From an uncultured virus (IMG/VR IMGVR_UViG_3300033149_003774) (Duplodnaviria; Heunggongvirae; Uroviricota; Caudoviricetes), in the IMG/VR virus record IMGVR_UViG_3300033149_003774: DNA of 64,000 nt; one strand, 5' to 3'. Of this stretch, positions 26,759-36,900 are shown piece by piece. Below the pieces are notes generated by a model. The model did no database searches. It was not told where the DNA came from and saw only the letters and a list, made by a program, of their open reading frames with translations. How positions within the stretch are numbered: position 1 is the first letter of the stretch; every line of letters starts with the position of its first letter. A program made the translations under genes and the position numbers.

Positions 26759-27280
26759 TCAATCCCCTCTTTGGGAAGAGGAATATTTAAGTCTTTCGTT
26801 TTCCCACAATTCCTTGCTTGTCTTAAATCCCCAGATAACACCAATAATCATAGAAGCGATGAAAAAATATATGTTATATTTCCATAGCCAATCAAAGAAA
26901 TAGATGGTTCCTTCCGTTAGACCATATGAAAACTGGACCCATCCAATAACACGCCACGCAATCCTATCCTCCTCATCATCCTCAAAAAATAAGGAAGTGA
27001 GACAAAAAAATGCGGCTAACAATCCACCGGCATATGCAACGATTGTCATAGAAGAGTGTGTCATTGGATTTGTGGAGATGGTATAGAGGGAGAACCAATC
27101 AGCAGAAATATATCCGCTTCCACCGAGGAGCAAAAGTGTGAGGAGATGTCCAAACTCATGGATGAAGCCAATAGCAATAAATTTAAGAATAAGAGTGATC
27201 ACTAAATCTTTTGGTGAAAAGGAAAAGACATTTTCTTTTTTCAATATTCTTTCCTCGGATTTGTTCTGTGTAGGAGACAC
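26759..27280 (-). CDS. membrane zinc metallopeptidase (M50-like)
   Basis: HEFGH in hydrophobic context, AYAGG, several TM segments. Confidence 0.7.
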   Translation of the reverse strand: MSPTQNKSEERILKKENVFSFSPKDLVITLILKFIAIGFIHEFGHLLTLLLLGGSGYISADWFSLYTISTNPMTHSSMTIVAYAGGLLAAFFCLTSLFFEDDEEDRIAWRVIGWVQFSYGLTEGTIYFFDWLWKYNIYFFIASMIIGVIWGFKTSKELWENERLKYSSSQRGD

Positions 27281-28152
27281 TCCAGTAATCCAGTACTAAT
27301 TTTTTTGAATTTAAGTGGATCTATTTTCATTTTTTTCTTGATTTTTTTCATATCGCTCCTTTGACTAAAAACCCATTTATTACTAGGGACAAATTTTATT
27401 TTAAAGTCTGATATCATTCTTCCAGCTTTCGCCACATCTACAACCGATAGTGGGTTCTCCGTCCCCACAACAAACATTTCATATCCATTTTCTGGTTCAT
27501 AGTCTATGCTTTTTTCAATCACGTCAGCCATATCCTCCGCGCTAAGTAATTCCCTCGTGTGTTCACCACTCCCCCATATTTCAAACGTTTCTCCCGTTTC
27601 CATACAATCAACAACCTGTTGGACTATATTCTTTTCTCTTTGTTCGACACCATAGATCATAGTAGGACGGAGAACGACCCCCTTCAATCCATAAAGATCA
27701 CAATAGAGTTTTACTTCTTTTTCAATCATTACCTTACTAACGGCGTAGGGATTTTTGGGGTTTATTGGTGTGGATTCGTTTATCGGTAGTGGGATATTTG
27801 AGCCGTATAAAGACCAGCTTGAGAGCTGTATCAATTTTGGTGTATTTGTCATTCTCATAGCTTCGAGGATGTTAAGAGTTCCCATCACATTAGTGTGTAT
27901 GTAATCCCACGGTCTTTTCTCGCTCGGTGGACCAGCTACTAATGCCGCCAAGTGGATGACGGCATCTATTGGTTGCCAGCTCTTGAATGAAGATAGAACC
28001 TCAGAAAAATCTCTGACATCTAGTTTTTCTATCTTCAGTTTTTTATTTGTGTTTATATCGGTTGCCACAACTTCATAGCCACTTCTTCTCAGTTTTTTCA
28101 GCGTGGCTCTTCCAACAACACCATTAGCACCAGTCAAAACAATTCTGGACAT
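27241..28152 (-). CDS. NAD-dependent sugar epimerase/dehydratase
   Basis: TGANGVVG, HLAA, YAVSK. Confidence 0.9.
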   Translation of the reverse strand: MSRIVLTGANGVVGRATLKKLRRSGYEVVATDINTNKKLKIEKLDVRDFSEVLSSFKSWQPIDAVIHLAALVAGPPSEKRPWDYIHTNVMGTLNILEAMRMTNTPKLIQLSSWSLYGSNIPLPINESTPINPKNPYAVSKVMIEKEVKLYCDLYGLKGVVLRPTMIYGVEQREKNIVQQVVDCMETGETFEIWGSGEHTRELLSAEDMADVIEKSIDYEPENGYEMFVVGTENPLSVVDVAKAGRMISDFKIKFVPSNKWVFSQRSDMKKIKKKMKIDPLKFKKISTGLLECLLHRTNPRKEY

Positions 28153-28208
28153 AATTATCATATATCATACAATTTTTATACTTATAAAAGTTTTTATTTG
28201 ATGAAACT

Positions 28209-29261
28209 CTATTGTTTTTCTCTAAGTTCGTTGTAGAGTGTTTCTACACGTTTTTTAAATGCACCATATGAAAATTCGGAAACGTTCTTAACTCCAGAAA
28301 GACTTTGTACCTTCCAAAAACCATCATTTGTCAAAAGTTCCGAACCAAGATTAAGCCACCTATTCCACTCTCCGTGTTTAACCGTAAGATCTGGGAAACA
28401 TATTTTTGATGGTTCATTCATATCCGTTCCGACTTGGGGGGTTCCAACTGCCGCAGAAACAACGGTTGCCCTTGAATAGTTTGGGCATTGATATTCCTCC
28501 ATAAATACCATCGCCCTCGACATTCTTTCATTAAAATCTTTATTTGACATATGGTTTAAAAGTTCAACTTTCAAACCTATTTTTTTAGCAGTTTTTCTTA
28601 TTTTTGTTTCGAGTTTTTTTCCATCGAAATTTAGGAAAAACCAACAATCAACACCATGTCTTTTTTGTAGCTCATATAGTGTTTTTAATGTGATCGTATG
28701 TGCTGGATTCCCCCGTCCTTGCTGAAGGAAGGAGCGAATGTGCCACATTCCTGCTATAGCATTTTCTCTTTTCTCTTTTGGTTTAAACCACTTCTGCCAA
28801 TATTCTATCGGTCCAGCATATGGCAAGTGATAATAATTTTTGATTCCCATTAACTGGAATGCCATTTCTTCATATCTTTTTCCAAAACCACACGTAATAG
28901 CGTCTAATGTTCTACTAATTTTTGTAAGCCAAGAACTAGGAGTGAGGGTTTTAAACCCAACCCACTCGTCACAATATCCGATGAGAATGGAGTTCTTACA
29001 TATTTTTCTGATACTCCGTACAACATCCAATTCTCTTTTTGCCCTTATTCTGAGAAAAATTAAGTCATAACTCCTGACGATTTTATAATCTGTTCCTAAC
29101 TCTAATGGACCAGTCATCACCTCTCCAAATGCATCTATAATCGAGAATGTGTTTTCTCTGCCCCTAGCATCCATACCAGAAACGCCATACAGAACATTCC
29201 AATTATTTTTATTATGACCACCATACGTTCCAAATCTTCTATCCAGAAGAGCGATCCTCAT
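28209..29261 (-). CDS. glycosyltransferase-like protein (GT-B)
   Basis: C-terminal SAAVGTPQVGTD resembles GT-B 'EA...G.P.V.SD'; cluster context. Confidence 0.55.
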   Translation of the reverse strand: MRIALLDRRFGTYGGHNKNNWNVLYGVSGMDARGRENTFSIIDAFGEVMTGPLELGTDYKIVRSYDLIFLRIRAKRELDVVRSIRKICKNSILIGYCDEWVGFKTLTPSSWLTKISRTLDAITCGFGKRYEEMAFQLMGIKNYYHLPYAGPIEYWQKWFKPKEKRENAIAGMWHIRSFLQQGRGNPAHTITLKTLYELQKRHGVDCWFFLNFDGKKLETKIRKTAKKIGLKVELLNHMSNKDFNERMSRAMVFMEEYQCPNYSRATVVSAAVGTPQVGTDMNEPSKICFPDLTVKHGEWNRWLNLGSELLTNDGFWKVQSLSGVKNVSEFSYGAFKKRVETLYNELREKQ

Positions 29262-29282
29262 TTTTGATCCCCACATAAACCA

Positions 29283-29900
29283 TTAGATGTAGCCATATAT
29301 ATTGCTTTCGCCACAATTATCTGGTTGAACTTCCCCCTCAACTCTACTGAAACAATCAATTTTTTCAAATAGTTTTATTCCATCCTCTGGATCTGGATAC
29401 CAATTACAATGTGGTGCTTCAAATGACTCGAAGAACCTAGAACCACCAGGTTGCCATACAAGTTCTGTATGCTTTATTTTATACTTTTTCCATAATTCTG
29501 GATGTTCAGAAAGATAATAATGATCTAGTTTTACACATGGTGTCACTTTTTCAATATCAAGTGTATATCTTGGAATGTTGGCAATCACGACCTTTTTTGC
29601 AACTCTGTACATTTCTTTAACTGCAATTTCTGGTTCTTCTAGGTGTTCTATGACATGTGAAGAAACAACATAATCGAAGGAATCGTCTTCAAATGGAATG
29701 TCATATATGTTCGCCTGCGTAAATTTATTTCGTGGATATAATGGATTTACGAAGTTTTTTACTGGTGCCGCATCCAAACCATATTCCGCCAACACTCCCA
29801 AGTGTACACCACAACCAACATCTAGCCCAATCCAATTCTTTCGTTCCTCCTTTTCCAAGAGAAAATTTACCATTCTTTTTATAAAGTAAGTTGATGGCAT
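29283..29900 (-). CDS. class I SAM-dependent methyltransferase
   Basis: LDVGCG, IPFEDDSFDYVVSSHVIEH. Confidence 0.85.
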   Translation of the reverse strand: MPSTYFIKRMVNFLLEKEERKNWIGLDVGCGVHLGVLAEYGLDAAPVKNFVNPLYPRNKFTQANIYDIPFEDDSFDYVVSSHVIEHLEEPEIAVKEMYRVAKKVVIANIPRYTLDIEKVTPCVKLDHYYLSEHPELWKKYKIKHTELVWQPGGSRFFESFEAPHCNWYPDPEDGIKLFEKIDCFSRVEGEVQPDNCGESNIYGYI

Positions 29901-29909
29901 TTCAATCTC

Positions 29910-30416
29910 CTAATTTACTCTCGATACCTCAACATCATATTTTTCGATGACTTCGTTAAAAATATCATATATTTCTTTTTGCCACATCGGATCTATGTCT
30001 CTAAACCCATCATCATAGATTGGACGTGGTTTACAAAAATATATGACAGTATATGGTTCATTTGAAACGTGTTCTATCACCTTTTTTTCTATTACATCAA
30101 GTTCGTGTTTTTTGATCATGTTTCGCCTGTAAAGAGAGATTCCATATACCAGATAATCCCAAACGGAGCGATCACACAAGATCAATTTTTTTGTTTGTGA
30201 TGCTAGTTTCTCTCTCCTGATTTGTTCTCCCAACATCCATATTTGAGAGAAAAATCCACTTTCCTTATTTACTGGTAGTGGACAATCTCTTGCAACCTCT
30301 GACACGACAATATGTTCTACTCCAAGATCCGAGAGGAATCTTGAAAGTCTATTTATTGTAGTGGTCTTTGCGCTTGAGTGTGTTCCAATCCAAGCATACT
30401 TTCCATTCAACTTCAT
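29910..30416 (-). CDS. NadR/Ttd14-like P-loop kinase
   Basis: GTHSSAKTT, EVAR, CDRSVWD, DDGFR. Confidence 0.75.
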   Translation of the reverse strand: MKLNGKYAWIGTHSSAKTTTINRLSRFLSDLGVEHIVVSEVARDCPLPVNKESGFFSQIWMLGEQIRREKLASQTKKLILCDRSVWDYLVYGISLYRRNMIKKHELDVIEKKVIEHVSNEPYTVIYFCKPRPIYDDGFRDIDPMWQKEIYDIFNEVIEKYDVEVSRVN

Positions 30417-30895
30417 TTCCTTGCCACCATAAACAATATCCCATTCCCAAAATCATATCCCTTTTGTTTCCGATCCTCATATAATATACGATGGATGTCT
30501 CTGAATCCAGCCTCAAATAATAGGTTTTTTAGTGTTTTTTCATCAAAAAGTGATCGGTGTGAATAATGGGGTCCAAAAATGGCTGAAAACGTCCACCCAT
30601 TCAATCCTTCTCGTAAATACAAGTCAACTTGAAAACCAAAGTCCTCTGTCCCAATCTGGACTTCACCGCCAGTTTTCAAAACTCGTTTCATTTCATTCAA
30701 TACAAGCGGAATTTCATGTGGTTCTATATGTTCCACAAAACCATATGAGAAAACAATATCATATGTCTCATCTGGTATCACGTACATATTTTTGGCATCA
30801 CAAAGAATATCTGGAGAGCAATTTGGATCTATATCAAGATTATCATAACCGTCCAGTTTTCTAAGACCACAGCCAACATTTAGTTTTTTTGTCAT
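30413..30895 (-). CDS. class I SAM-dependent methyltransferase
   Basis: KLNVGCG, VEH, RVLKTGG. Confidence 0.85.
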   Translation of the reverse strand: MTKKLNVGCGLRKLDGYDNLDIDPNCSPDILCDAKNMYVIPDETYDIVFSYGFVEHIEPHEIPLVLNEMKRVLKTGGEVQIGTEDFGFQVDLYLREGLNGWTFSAIFGPHYSHRSLFDEKTLKNLLFEAGFRDIHRILYEDRKQKGYDFGNGILFMVARK

Positions 30896-30900
30896 TTTTG

Positions 30901-31626
30901 TTACACCCTCTTAAACATGAACCGTCTCAAACCGCCTTCTTCATTCCAGAAATGCTTACTAATATCTTCAAAATATGGCTCAAAATATGAAAAAAATTCT
31001 TGAAAATCAATACCACGATAAGGGTGAAATTCCCCCACAATACAGTCTATTTTTTTCAGGTTGTTTTGAGAGATACCGCGAAATGCACCAATCTCTCCCC
31101 CTTCGGCATCCGTCTTCAGAACCTTACATTTTTTAATATCGTATTTTTTGAAAATATCATCTAATGAAATTTTTCTTGCCCGATGAACCATCCCAGAACC
31201 TCCCAACATACTACCGATAAATTTATGTGTTTTTCCAAATTTTGTTGTGTCATCTGTATAGTAGATGGACTCCCATCCATTTGAATCGGAAGCAATGGCA
31301 CCCATAATCGGTGTTACATTTCCCAACCTATTCAGTTCAATATTTTTTAAAGCGAGTTTAAAGTTTTCTGGGAGGGGTTCTACACCATAGACAGCTGAAG
31401 TTGTTTCTAGCATTCCCATCAAAACCGTCCATGTGCCGATGTGCATCCCCAAGTCGATGAATACATCTCCATCTTCATAATTGTGATATCTTGCTTTATA
31501 TTCATCATATACCATTACTGAACTTATTACTCCACTATCGTTGGTATCGCGTCTAAAAGCCATGATAGCTTGTTTATTCCATATCGTAGGAATTCTTTTA
31601 TATACTACATCATACATTTTTTTCAC
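30901..31626 (-). CDS. FkbM-family methyltransferase
   Basis: IDLGMHIG, VEP, LKTDAEGGE, EFH. Confidence 0.85.
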   Translation of the reverse strand: MKKMYDVVYKRIPTIWNKQAIMAFRRDTNDSGVISSVMVYDEYKARYHNYEDGDVFIDLGMHIGTWTVLMGMLETTSAVYGVEPLPENFKLALKNIELNRLGNVTPIMGAIASDSNGWESIYYTDDTTKFGKTHKFIGSMLGGSGMVHRARKISLDDIFKKYDIKKCKVLKTDAEGGEIGAFRGISQNNLKKIDCIVGEFHPYRGIDFQEFFSYFEPYFEDISKHFWNEEGGLRRFMFKRV

Positions 31627-31824
31627 TTAGATTTCTTCACCAAGAATCCTTTTTTCCAGTTTTTCAAACTCTGAGGGACTCATTATGATGATGGGTCGTT
31701 TTGATTCTTCCACTATAAGTATCGGGTAATCATCTATATAGGGATATTCTTCAGCCTCTTCTTCCAGTAATCTTATTAATTCTTCAAAGGACTTTATTTC
31801 CTCTCCATCTTCGTTTTCTCTCAT
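31627..31824 (-). CDS. small acidic hypothetical protein
   Basis: GGAGG RBS, packed ORF. Confidence 0.5.
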   Translation of the reverse strand: MRENEDGEEIKSFEELIRLLEEEAEEYPYIDDYPILIVEESKRPIIIMSPSEFEKLEKRILGEEI

Positions 31825-31976
31825 ATGGTATCCTCCCATCTTGACACCCAACCACATTTTATGCATTTATAGAGTCGAACTGTAATTACTTCTGGTCTTC
31901 CGTGAAACAATACATCAACTGGATACAGAAAACTCTTAAGAGCCTTTGAACCACATTTTGGACACTTTCCAGCCAA
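31821..31976 (-). CDS. small zinc-ribbon protein (below the ORF-track cutoff)
   Basis: KCPKCG...YKCIKCGW read manually; AGGTGA RBS. Confidence 0.6.
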   Translation of the reverse strand: MAGKCPKCGSKALKSFLYPVDVLFHGRPEVITVRLYKCIKCGWVSRWEDTI

Positions 31977-31980
31977 GGAT

Positions 31981-32160
31981 TCACCTACTCTTTAATTTTT
32001 TTATGACAAAATCTATAAAATTGTCCTCTGGAATCCATATACTTTCATCACCAAAATCAAGAACAACGTGTTCGTCAAATTCCATAAGAGTAAAAACAAC
32101 TGGTTCACTCTCATCTGTATCATTTTTCACTCTGAATGCATAACATGTAGTTTTTAACAT
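31981..32160 (-). CDS. small hypothetical protein
   Basis: MLKTTCYAF...KLKSR read manually. Confidence 0.45.
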   Translation of the reverse strand: MLKTTCYAFRVKNDTDESEPVVFTLMEFDEHVVLDFGDESIWIPEDNFIDFVIKKLKSR

Positions 32161-32205
32161 GTTCGATCAAAAATAGGAAGTTGAACATACTTAAAAAGGT
32201 TTTGT

Positions 32206-32388
32206 TTACTCCTTGCTTATTATTAGTTTTATGTGACAATCTTCTGAAACATCCCACGTTACTGAAAATTTACTTGATGGTAGTAATGTTAGGATGGTGC
32301 ATAATGCTTCCCCTATGTATTGAAAAATGTTCTCCATAACCTCTGGTTCCACACCAACAACTCCACGCTCGTGCAATTTTCTCTCCAT
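32206..32388 (-). CDS. small hypothetical protein
   Basis: MERKLHERG... after GGAGGTGA RBS. Confidence 0.5.
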   Translation of the reverse strand: MERKLHERGVVGVEPEVMENIFQYIGEALCTILTLLPSSKFSVTWDVSEDCHIKLIISKE

Positions 32389-32408
32389 TTCTTCACCTCC
32401 CTTTATTT

Positions 32409-32621
32409 TTACGAAGTCATACTTCTCTTCATTTTTAATATTCCATACGTTTGTAGAATTCCGAGAAGAATCGGGACAGCCCACTGCGTTACATCCTTTA
32501 TGGTTTCTGTTGGGTTTTCTGATTGAAATGCTATGGCTGTATGAGTTATTATGAGAAAGACAAGAACGCATATTGCGGTTAGTGCACCAAAATTGACCAC
32601 ATCTCCTTTATCAAAGATCAT
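32409..32621 (-). CDS. small two-TM membrane protein (holin-like)
   Basis: two hydrophobic helices, basic C-terminus. Confidence 0.5.
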   Translation of the reverse strand: MIFDKGDVVNFGALTAICVLVFLIITHTAIAFQSENPTETIKDVTQWAVPILLGILQTYGILKMKRSMTS

Positions 32622-32854
32622 CTTTTCATCCTCCTCAACATCCTTTTAAAATCATCTCTCGTTCCAAGGACATATGAAAGAAGGAGTACGAGGAAGCCAA
32701 TCATTCCATGATGTATTACTGGGAATTTTAACATTCCAGACCATACAGCACTTTTTATAATTCCATGTTCAGCGAGTCTGCACGAGAACTCTACATACTG
32801 AGCGAGAGCCGCAGTATAACCGACCAGAAAGAGAGCATGATAAAGTAGTTTCAA
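32618..32854 (-). CDS. small two-TM membrane protein
   Basis: two hydrophobic helices, basic C-terminus. Confidence 0.5.
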   Translation of the reverse strand: MKLLYHALFLVGYTAALAQYVEFSCRLAEHGIIKSAVWSGMLKFPVIHHGMIGFLVLLLSYVLGTRDDFKRMLRRMKR

Positions 32855-32855
32855 T

Positions 32856-33845
32856 TTATTTCACCTCATTCACATAACGAAATCGTCCCCTTCTCCCCAA
32901 CATTCCAGACATCTTATTGAGAAAGTCTGCGACACCATTCCCGATAGCGCATGGAGAAGGGGAGGGAACTGGGGGACCATTATGAATCAACCAGAAATCA
33001 TATGGATAAAATGGATACTTTACTGGAAGGTAAAATAACCCCCCATCCCCTATCTCGCTACCCCAGCTATTCATATTCACAAAATATTCCTCCCCATCAA
33101 TCACCTTCCATCCAATGATGGCAGAGCTGTGACCGCCCAAGAGTTTATCATTTTCTTTTGGCATGGGTACAATTCCATCGTCGTAAGCCTCAGTATAACT
33201 TTGATATACCTGATAGGAGGAAACTAATGGAATCTTTCCTTGGGAACCATCTGGCATTTTGTATGGAAGTTCATGCGTCAGACCATATATTGCGGCTTTT
33301 ATGTCGTTTGGATTTGGATTGATATTCCAATAGGAATTGATTGCGTATTGTTTCGCCCTCTCCTCAGCCTCCTTCGTATATGTTATTCCATCCCACGGTT
33401 TTTTTGTATCTGTTGGAACGTCTTTTTCGAGAGCGGCTCCCTTATGCTTCATCGCCTTCATCAATCCTAAATTGGTGGACCCCTCAACATCTGGTGGAAT
33501 GTTGGCGTATTCTCTGGACCAATGATAGAGCCAACCAGCAGATAAGTCAATGATGACATATTTCAATAGTTCTGGTTGATTTGTTCTTTTTGCGTAGAGC
33601 TTCAAGAGGGTGCTAGAAATTGAGTCAACCTGATCTCCACACCACCCGCAACAACTCCCCACATCTCCCTGATCTGGCCACGGATCTGTTTTCGCATACT
33701 TCAAGAGTTCCTTATAATATTCCTTTGGAAGTTCTACAACCTCCTTTGGGGAAGCCTGTAAAACTCTATAGTGGCGGTAATCCCACGGTGAGGGAAATGC
33801 ACCAAGTCTATCTTTGAGGAATTTTACTCCTTTTCTTCGTACCAT
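32856..33845 (-). CDS. papain-like (C1) cysteine peptidase
   Basis: DQGDVGSCCGW, GGHS, NSWG...GDGG. Confidence 0.9.
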   Translation of the reverse strand: MVRRKGVKFLKDRLGAFPSPWDYRHYRVLQASPKEVVELPKEYYKELLKYAKTDPWPDQGDVGSCCGWCGDQVDSISSTLLKLYAKRTNQPELLKYVIIDLSAGWLYHWSREYANIPPDVEGSTNLGLMKAMKHKGAALEKDVPTDTKKPWDGITYTKEAEERAKQYAINSYWNINPNPNDIKAAIYGLTHELPYKMPDGSQGKIPLVSSYQVYQSYTEAYDDGIVPMPKENDKLLGGHSSAIIGWKVIDGEEYFVNMNSWGSEIGDGGLFYLPVKYPFYPYDFWLIHNGPPVPSPSPCAIGNGVADFLNKMSGMLGRRGRFRYVNEVK

Positions 33846-34005
33846 AAACTAACCTTGAATTATACGTTTAAAGTTATATAAAAATGTTTCTACATTCCAT
33901 CCAGTAAAAATGGTATGGGGGAGGCGGATGCGGGGTGTCATACCCAGATCATTCACAGATCCATTTTTGTATGCTATCCGCCGTTTATTAATTTCCCAGT
34001 TTAAA

Positions 34006-34281
34006 CTATACCATCAGTCCCTTAAAAGGGTTTCTCTTTTTATGTTTAAACCAACTGGCTTGTTTCTTTATCCTCATAAGATCATATATTTCCTTTTCTA
34101 TTTCGTTTATCTTGTTGTTTATCTCTTTTATCCTCTCCATTGAGAGTGGGATACTTCTTTTACGAGAGAGCTCGTTTCTTAGCTCTCTTGCTCTTTTCAT
34201 TAAACGCCCAAGTTCACTTTCCTCATCTTCTGTGGTGTCCTCAGTATACACCACATTACCCCACGCACTCTTCTCGCCCAT
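34006..34281 (-). CDS. hypothetical coiled-coil protein
   Basis: coupled to the MCM stop. Confidence 0.55.
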   Translation of the reverse strand: MGEKSAWGNVVYTEDTTEDEESELGRLMKRARELRNELSRKRSIPLSMERIKEINNKINEIEKEIYDLMRIKKQASWFKHKKRNPFKGLMV

Positions 34282-36282
34282 CTAAATCACCGCATATCTA
34301 CCCGTTTCTGGAGAATATACATCTGTACTTAGAGCATCGCTTCTTAAAAGTTTTTTCAATTCCTTCCTATCCATAAGACCGCTTACCGCCTCAGCAAGTT
34401 CATCAAAACTCAATCCAGTTCTTGGGAATTTTTCTAGTTCAGCAAGTATTGCTTGTTTCTTCTTTTCTTGTGTCAGCGGTTTTCCAGTTTCTATTATACC
34501 TATATCTATCTTTCCAGAACTTGGGTCATATCCCGCCGCTTCCAAACTACCCCTCAACAACTCTATAGCCAGTTCAGCATCTTCTTCATCAGCAATGGAT
34601 TTTAGAGCCATTCTCGCACTAGCTTCAGTCAATCGACGCAGACCCTCCCCCTGTCGTGCTGTAATGGGTATTGGGTTCTCTCCTATACCCCCAGACAATT
34701 TTCTCATTTCGATGTAGAAGTCAACTATTTTCTTTAGTGCCTCTTGGCTTATTTTCGGTTTTATTGTTTTAGAATATAATATGTATTTTTTCAGTAGTTT
34801 ATAATCCATCATCTTTTTTTCCTCGGCACTAAAATCAACATTAAGTATTTTTTCTATTAATTCACGATCCTTTTTCTCGTCTGGTTGATCTTTTATGATG
34901 AAGATGAGATCGAACCTTGAGAGGATTGTCGGAGGGAGTGAAATATTCTCTGTAAGAAATTTATATGGATCATATCTACCACCAGAAGGATTTGCGGCGG
35001 CTATGACTCCAGTTCGCGCATTTAAGGTCATATGTTTGTCAGCTTTATGGATGCTCACCGTTCCAGTAGACATCGCTTCATGTATTTTTGTTCTGTCCTT
35101 ATCATCCATTTTCTCAAGTTCATCAATAGCACACAAACCCCTATCCGCGAGAACCAACGGTCCAGCTTCCAATCTCCATCCATTCTGATCTTGTATTGCC
35201 GCCGCCGTAAGACCTACACCACTTGCTCCCCTTGCAACGGTATAGATGCACTTTGGCGCGGCGTTCGTCGCCGCAAGCAACATTCTAGTTTTTGCCATAG
35301 AAGGATCTCCAACCAAAAGAACGTTAATAGAACCTCTGTGTTTTATATCGCGTTTTTTATGTTCAACACCACCAAATATCGCTAAGGCAAGACCATATTT
35401 TTCCATTCTGTGTCCATGAATAGAAGGAAATATTGAGTCCACTATTATTTCCTTTATTCTTGGATTTGAAGACCAATACACTAATTCTTCTTTTTCCTCC
35501 TCAGACAACTTCTCATCTATGATGTTCTTGTTCAAAACTTCTATATTATTTGCTTCCAAGAACCAATCGAAGATCCGATCCCTTCCTCCCCGCCTCGGTA
35601 CGACAAAAAGAGAACACACAATGCGTACTAAATCGCCAGGTTTACATATATCAATGAGATGTTTTCCTATTAATTTTACCTTTATGATTCTCGGTACAAC
35701 TCCCATTTCTACTTCTTGTGGGTTCTCCTGTAACCATATTTCTTGATAATCATCCCATTCAGATTTATTTTCTTCTAATATGAATCCTCTTTTGTTTCCA
35801 CAGATACATTTCATTGGTTTTATTAATTCATTTGAGTTTTGATAAACAAAAAGATCCTCTTCGCATTTTGGACAATGGAAAAACGCCTTTGTCAATATTG
35901 AACGGGGAGAAGAACTACTCGTTACAACACCAGTAACAGTCATTAGAGTATTAATGTCGCTAGATGAAAGTTCTCTCACTTTTTTGTTGTTTTCGACGTT
36001 TTTCAGCCACACTCTGATCTTTTTTTCTGTTTTTTTACCCCCTCGTTTTTCAATTTCATTATTAGTTTTTGTTGTGATGAACTCGTCTATATTTCCCCTT
36101 CCGTGAAAAAAACGCGCGTAGTCCTCTTGAACTTTTTTTCCTGCTTCCTCACTCAAATCATCGAAATCAAGTAAAAAAACATTATGATCTTTCTCTAATA
36201 TTTTTTCAAAGCGTTCTCTGTATTTGTCTGTTTTTAATAATGCATCAAACTCATCCAAAAAAGTAGCGTCCAAACCACACAA
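34282..36282 (-). CDS. mcm: MCM replicative helicase
   Basis: Zn motif CPKC...C-C, GDPSMAKT, IDELEKM, AAANP, SRFD, ITARQ. Confidence 0.95.
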   Translation of the reverse strand: MCGLDATFLDEFDALLKTDKYRERFEKILEKDHNVFLLDFDDLSEEAGKKVQEDYARFFHGRGNIDEFITTKTNNEIEKRGGKKTEKKIRVWLKNVENNKKVRELSSSDINTLMTVTGVVTSSSSPRSILTKAFFHCPKCEEDLFVYQNSNELIKPMKCICGNKRGFILEENKSEWDDYQEIWLQENPQEVEMGVVPRIIKVKLIGKHLIDICKPGDLVRIVCSLFVVPRRGGRDRIFDWFLEANNIEVLNKNIIDEKLSEEEKEELVYWSSNPRIKEIIVDSIFPSIHGHRMEKYGLALAIFGGVEHKKRDIKHRGSINVLLVGDPSMAKTRMLLAATNAAPKCIYTVARGASGVGLTAAAIQDQNGWRLEAGPLVLADRGLCAIDELEKMDDKDRTKIHEAMSTGTVSIHKADKHMTLNARTGVIAAANPSGGRYDPYKFLTENISLPPTILSRFDLIFIIKDQPDEKKDRELIEKILNVDFSAEEKKMMDYKLLKKYILYSKTIKPKISQEALKKIVDFYIEMRKLSGGIGENPIPITARQGEGLRRLTEASARMALKSIADEEDAELAIELLRGSLEAAGYDPSSGKIDIGIIETGKPLTQEKKKQAILAELEKFPRTGLSFDELAEAVSGLMDRKELKKLLRSDALSTDVYSPETGRYAVI

Positions 36283-36339
36283 TCCTCAACGTAAAAGAGT
36301 GTCTTCCATTTATAAATATTTCGTTGATTTAGTGTATTT

Positions 36340-36711
36340 TTACGTTTTCTCCAAAAGAGAGATGATTACAATCCAAGGGCGTGATATATTTCCTGCTACA
36401 CCTCTGAAGTTCAGAGATTCGATTCTCGTATCAACATTACTTTCTACACCATCAGAAAGGTCAATTGTCTTTCTCTCTTTGCGCATCTGCTGAAGAAGAG
36501 ATCTAACACCATCCGTTACTCTGGCAGTTATTTCAAATCTTCTAGGATTGACCACGAAGGTATCAGTATCTATTGTTGATGTGGATTTTCCTGGAACATT
36601 TTTAATTCCATATCGTTCTACTTCTCTTAAATCATAACTGATGACGAAATCAAGAGAAATGCTCTGGGTTCCTCCATCAGCAGTATTATCAAGTGTTATA
36701 GCATTTGTCAT
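36340..36711 (-). CDS. putative distal tail/baseplate protein
   Basis: beta-rich 123-aa ORF downstream of the tail tip gene. Confidence 0.45.
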   Translation of the reverse strand: MTNAITLDNTADGGTQSISLDFVISYDLREVERYGIKNVPGKSTSTIDTDTFVVNPRRFEITARVTDGVRSLLQQMRKERKTIDLSDGVESNVDTRIESLNFRGVAGNISRPWIVIISLLEKT

Positions 36712-36900
36712 TTTTTCTCACCTATACTTCGGATTCTTTACTTATATTCCTTGTGTTTCTCATGGATTTCAACTTCGCTTTTTCGAGTTCTTCCAAAATG
36801 TGTTCCTCCCTTCTTTTCTGTTCAATTCTCTTCTTTATCTCGGCTTTTTCTTTTTTCATTTTCATAAATTTTTCCTTCAAGGTCAGGTTTTTTTCAGACA

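Noticed and set aside
33923..33982. tRNA-like cloverleaf on the minus strand (ggcggat/atccgcc stem)
   Set aside because: Only about 60 nt, no TTC T-loop and no canonical anticodon loop; at most a small hairpin element
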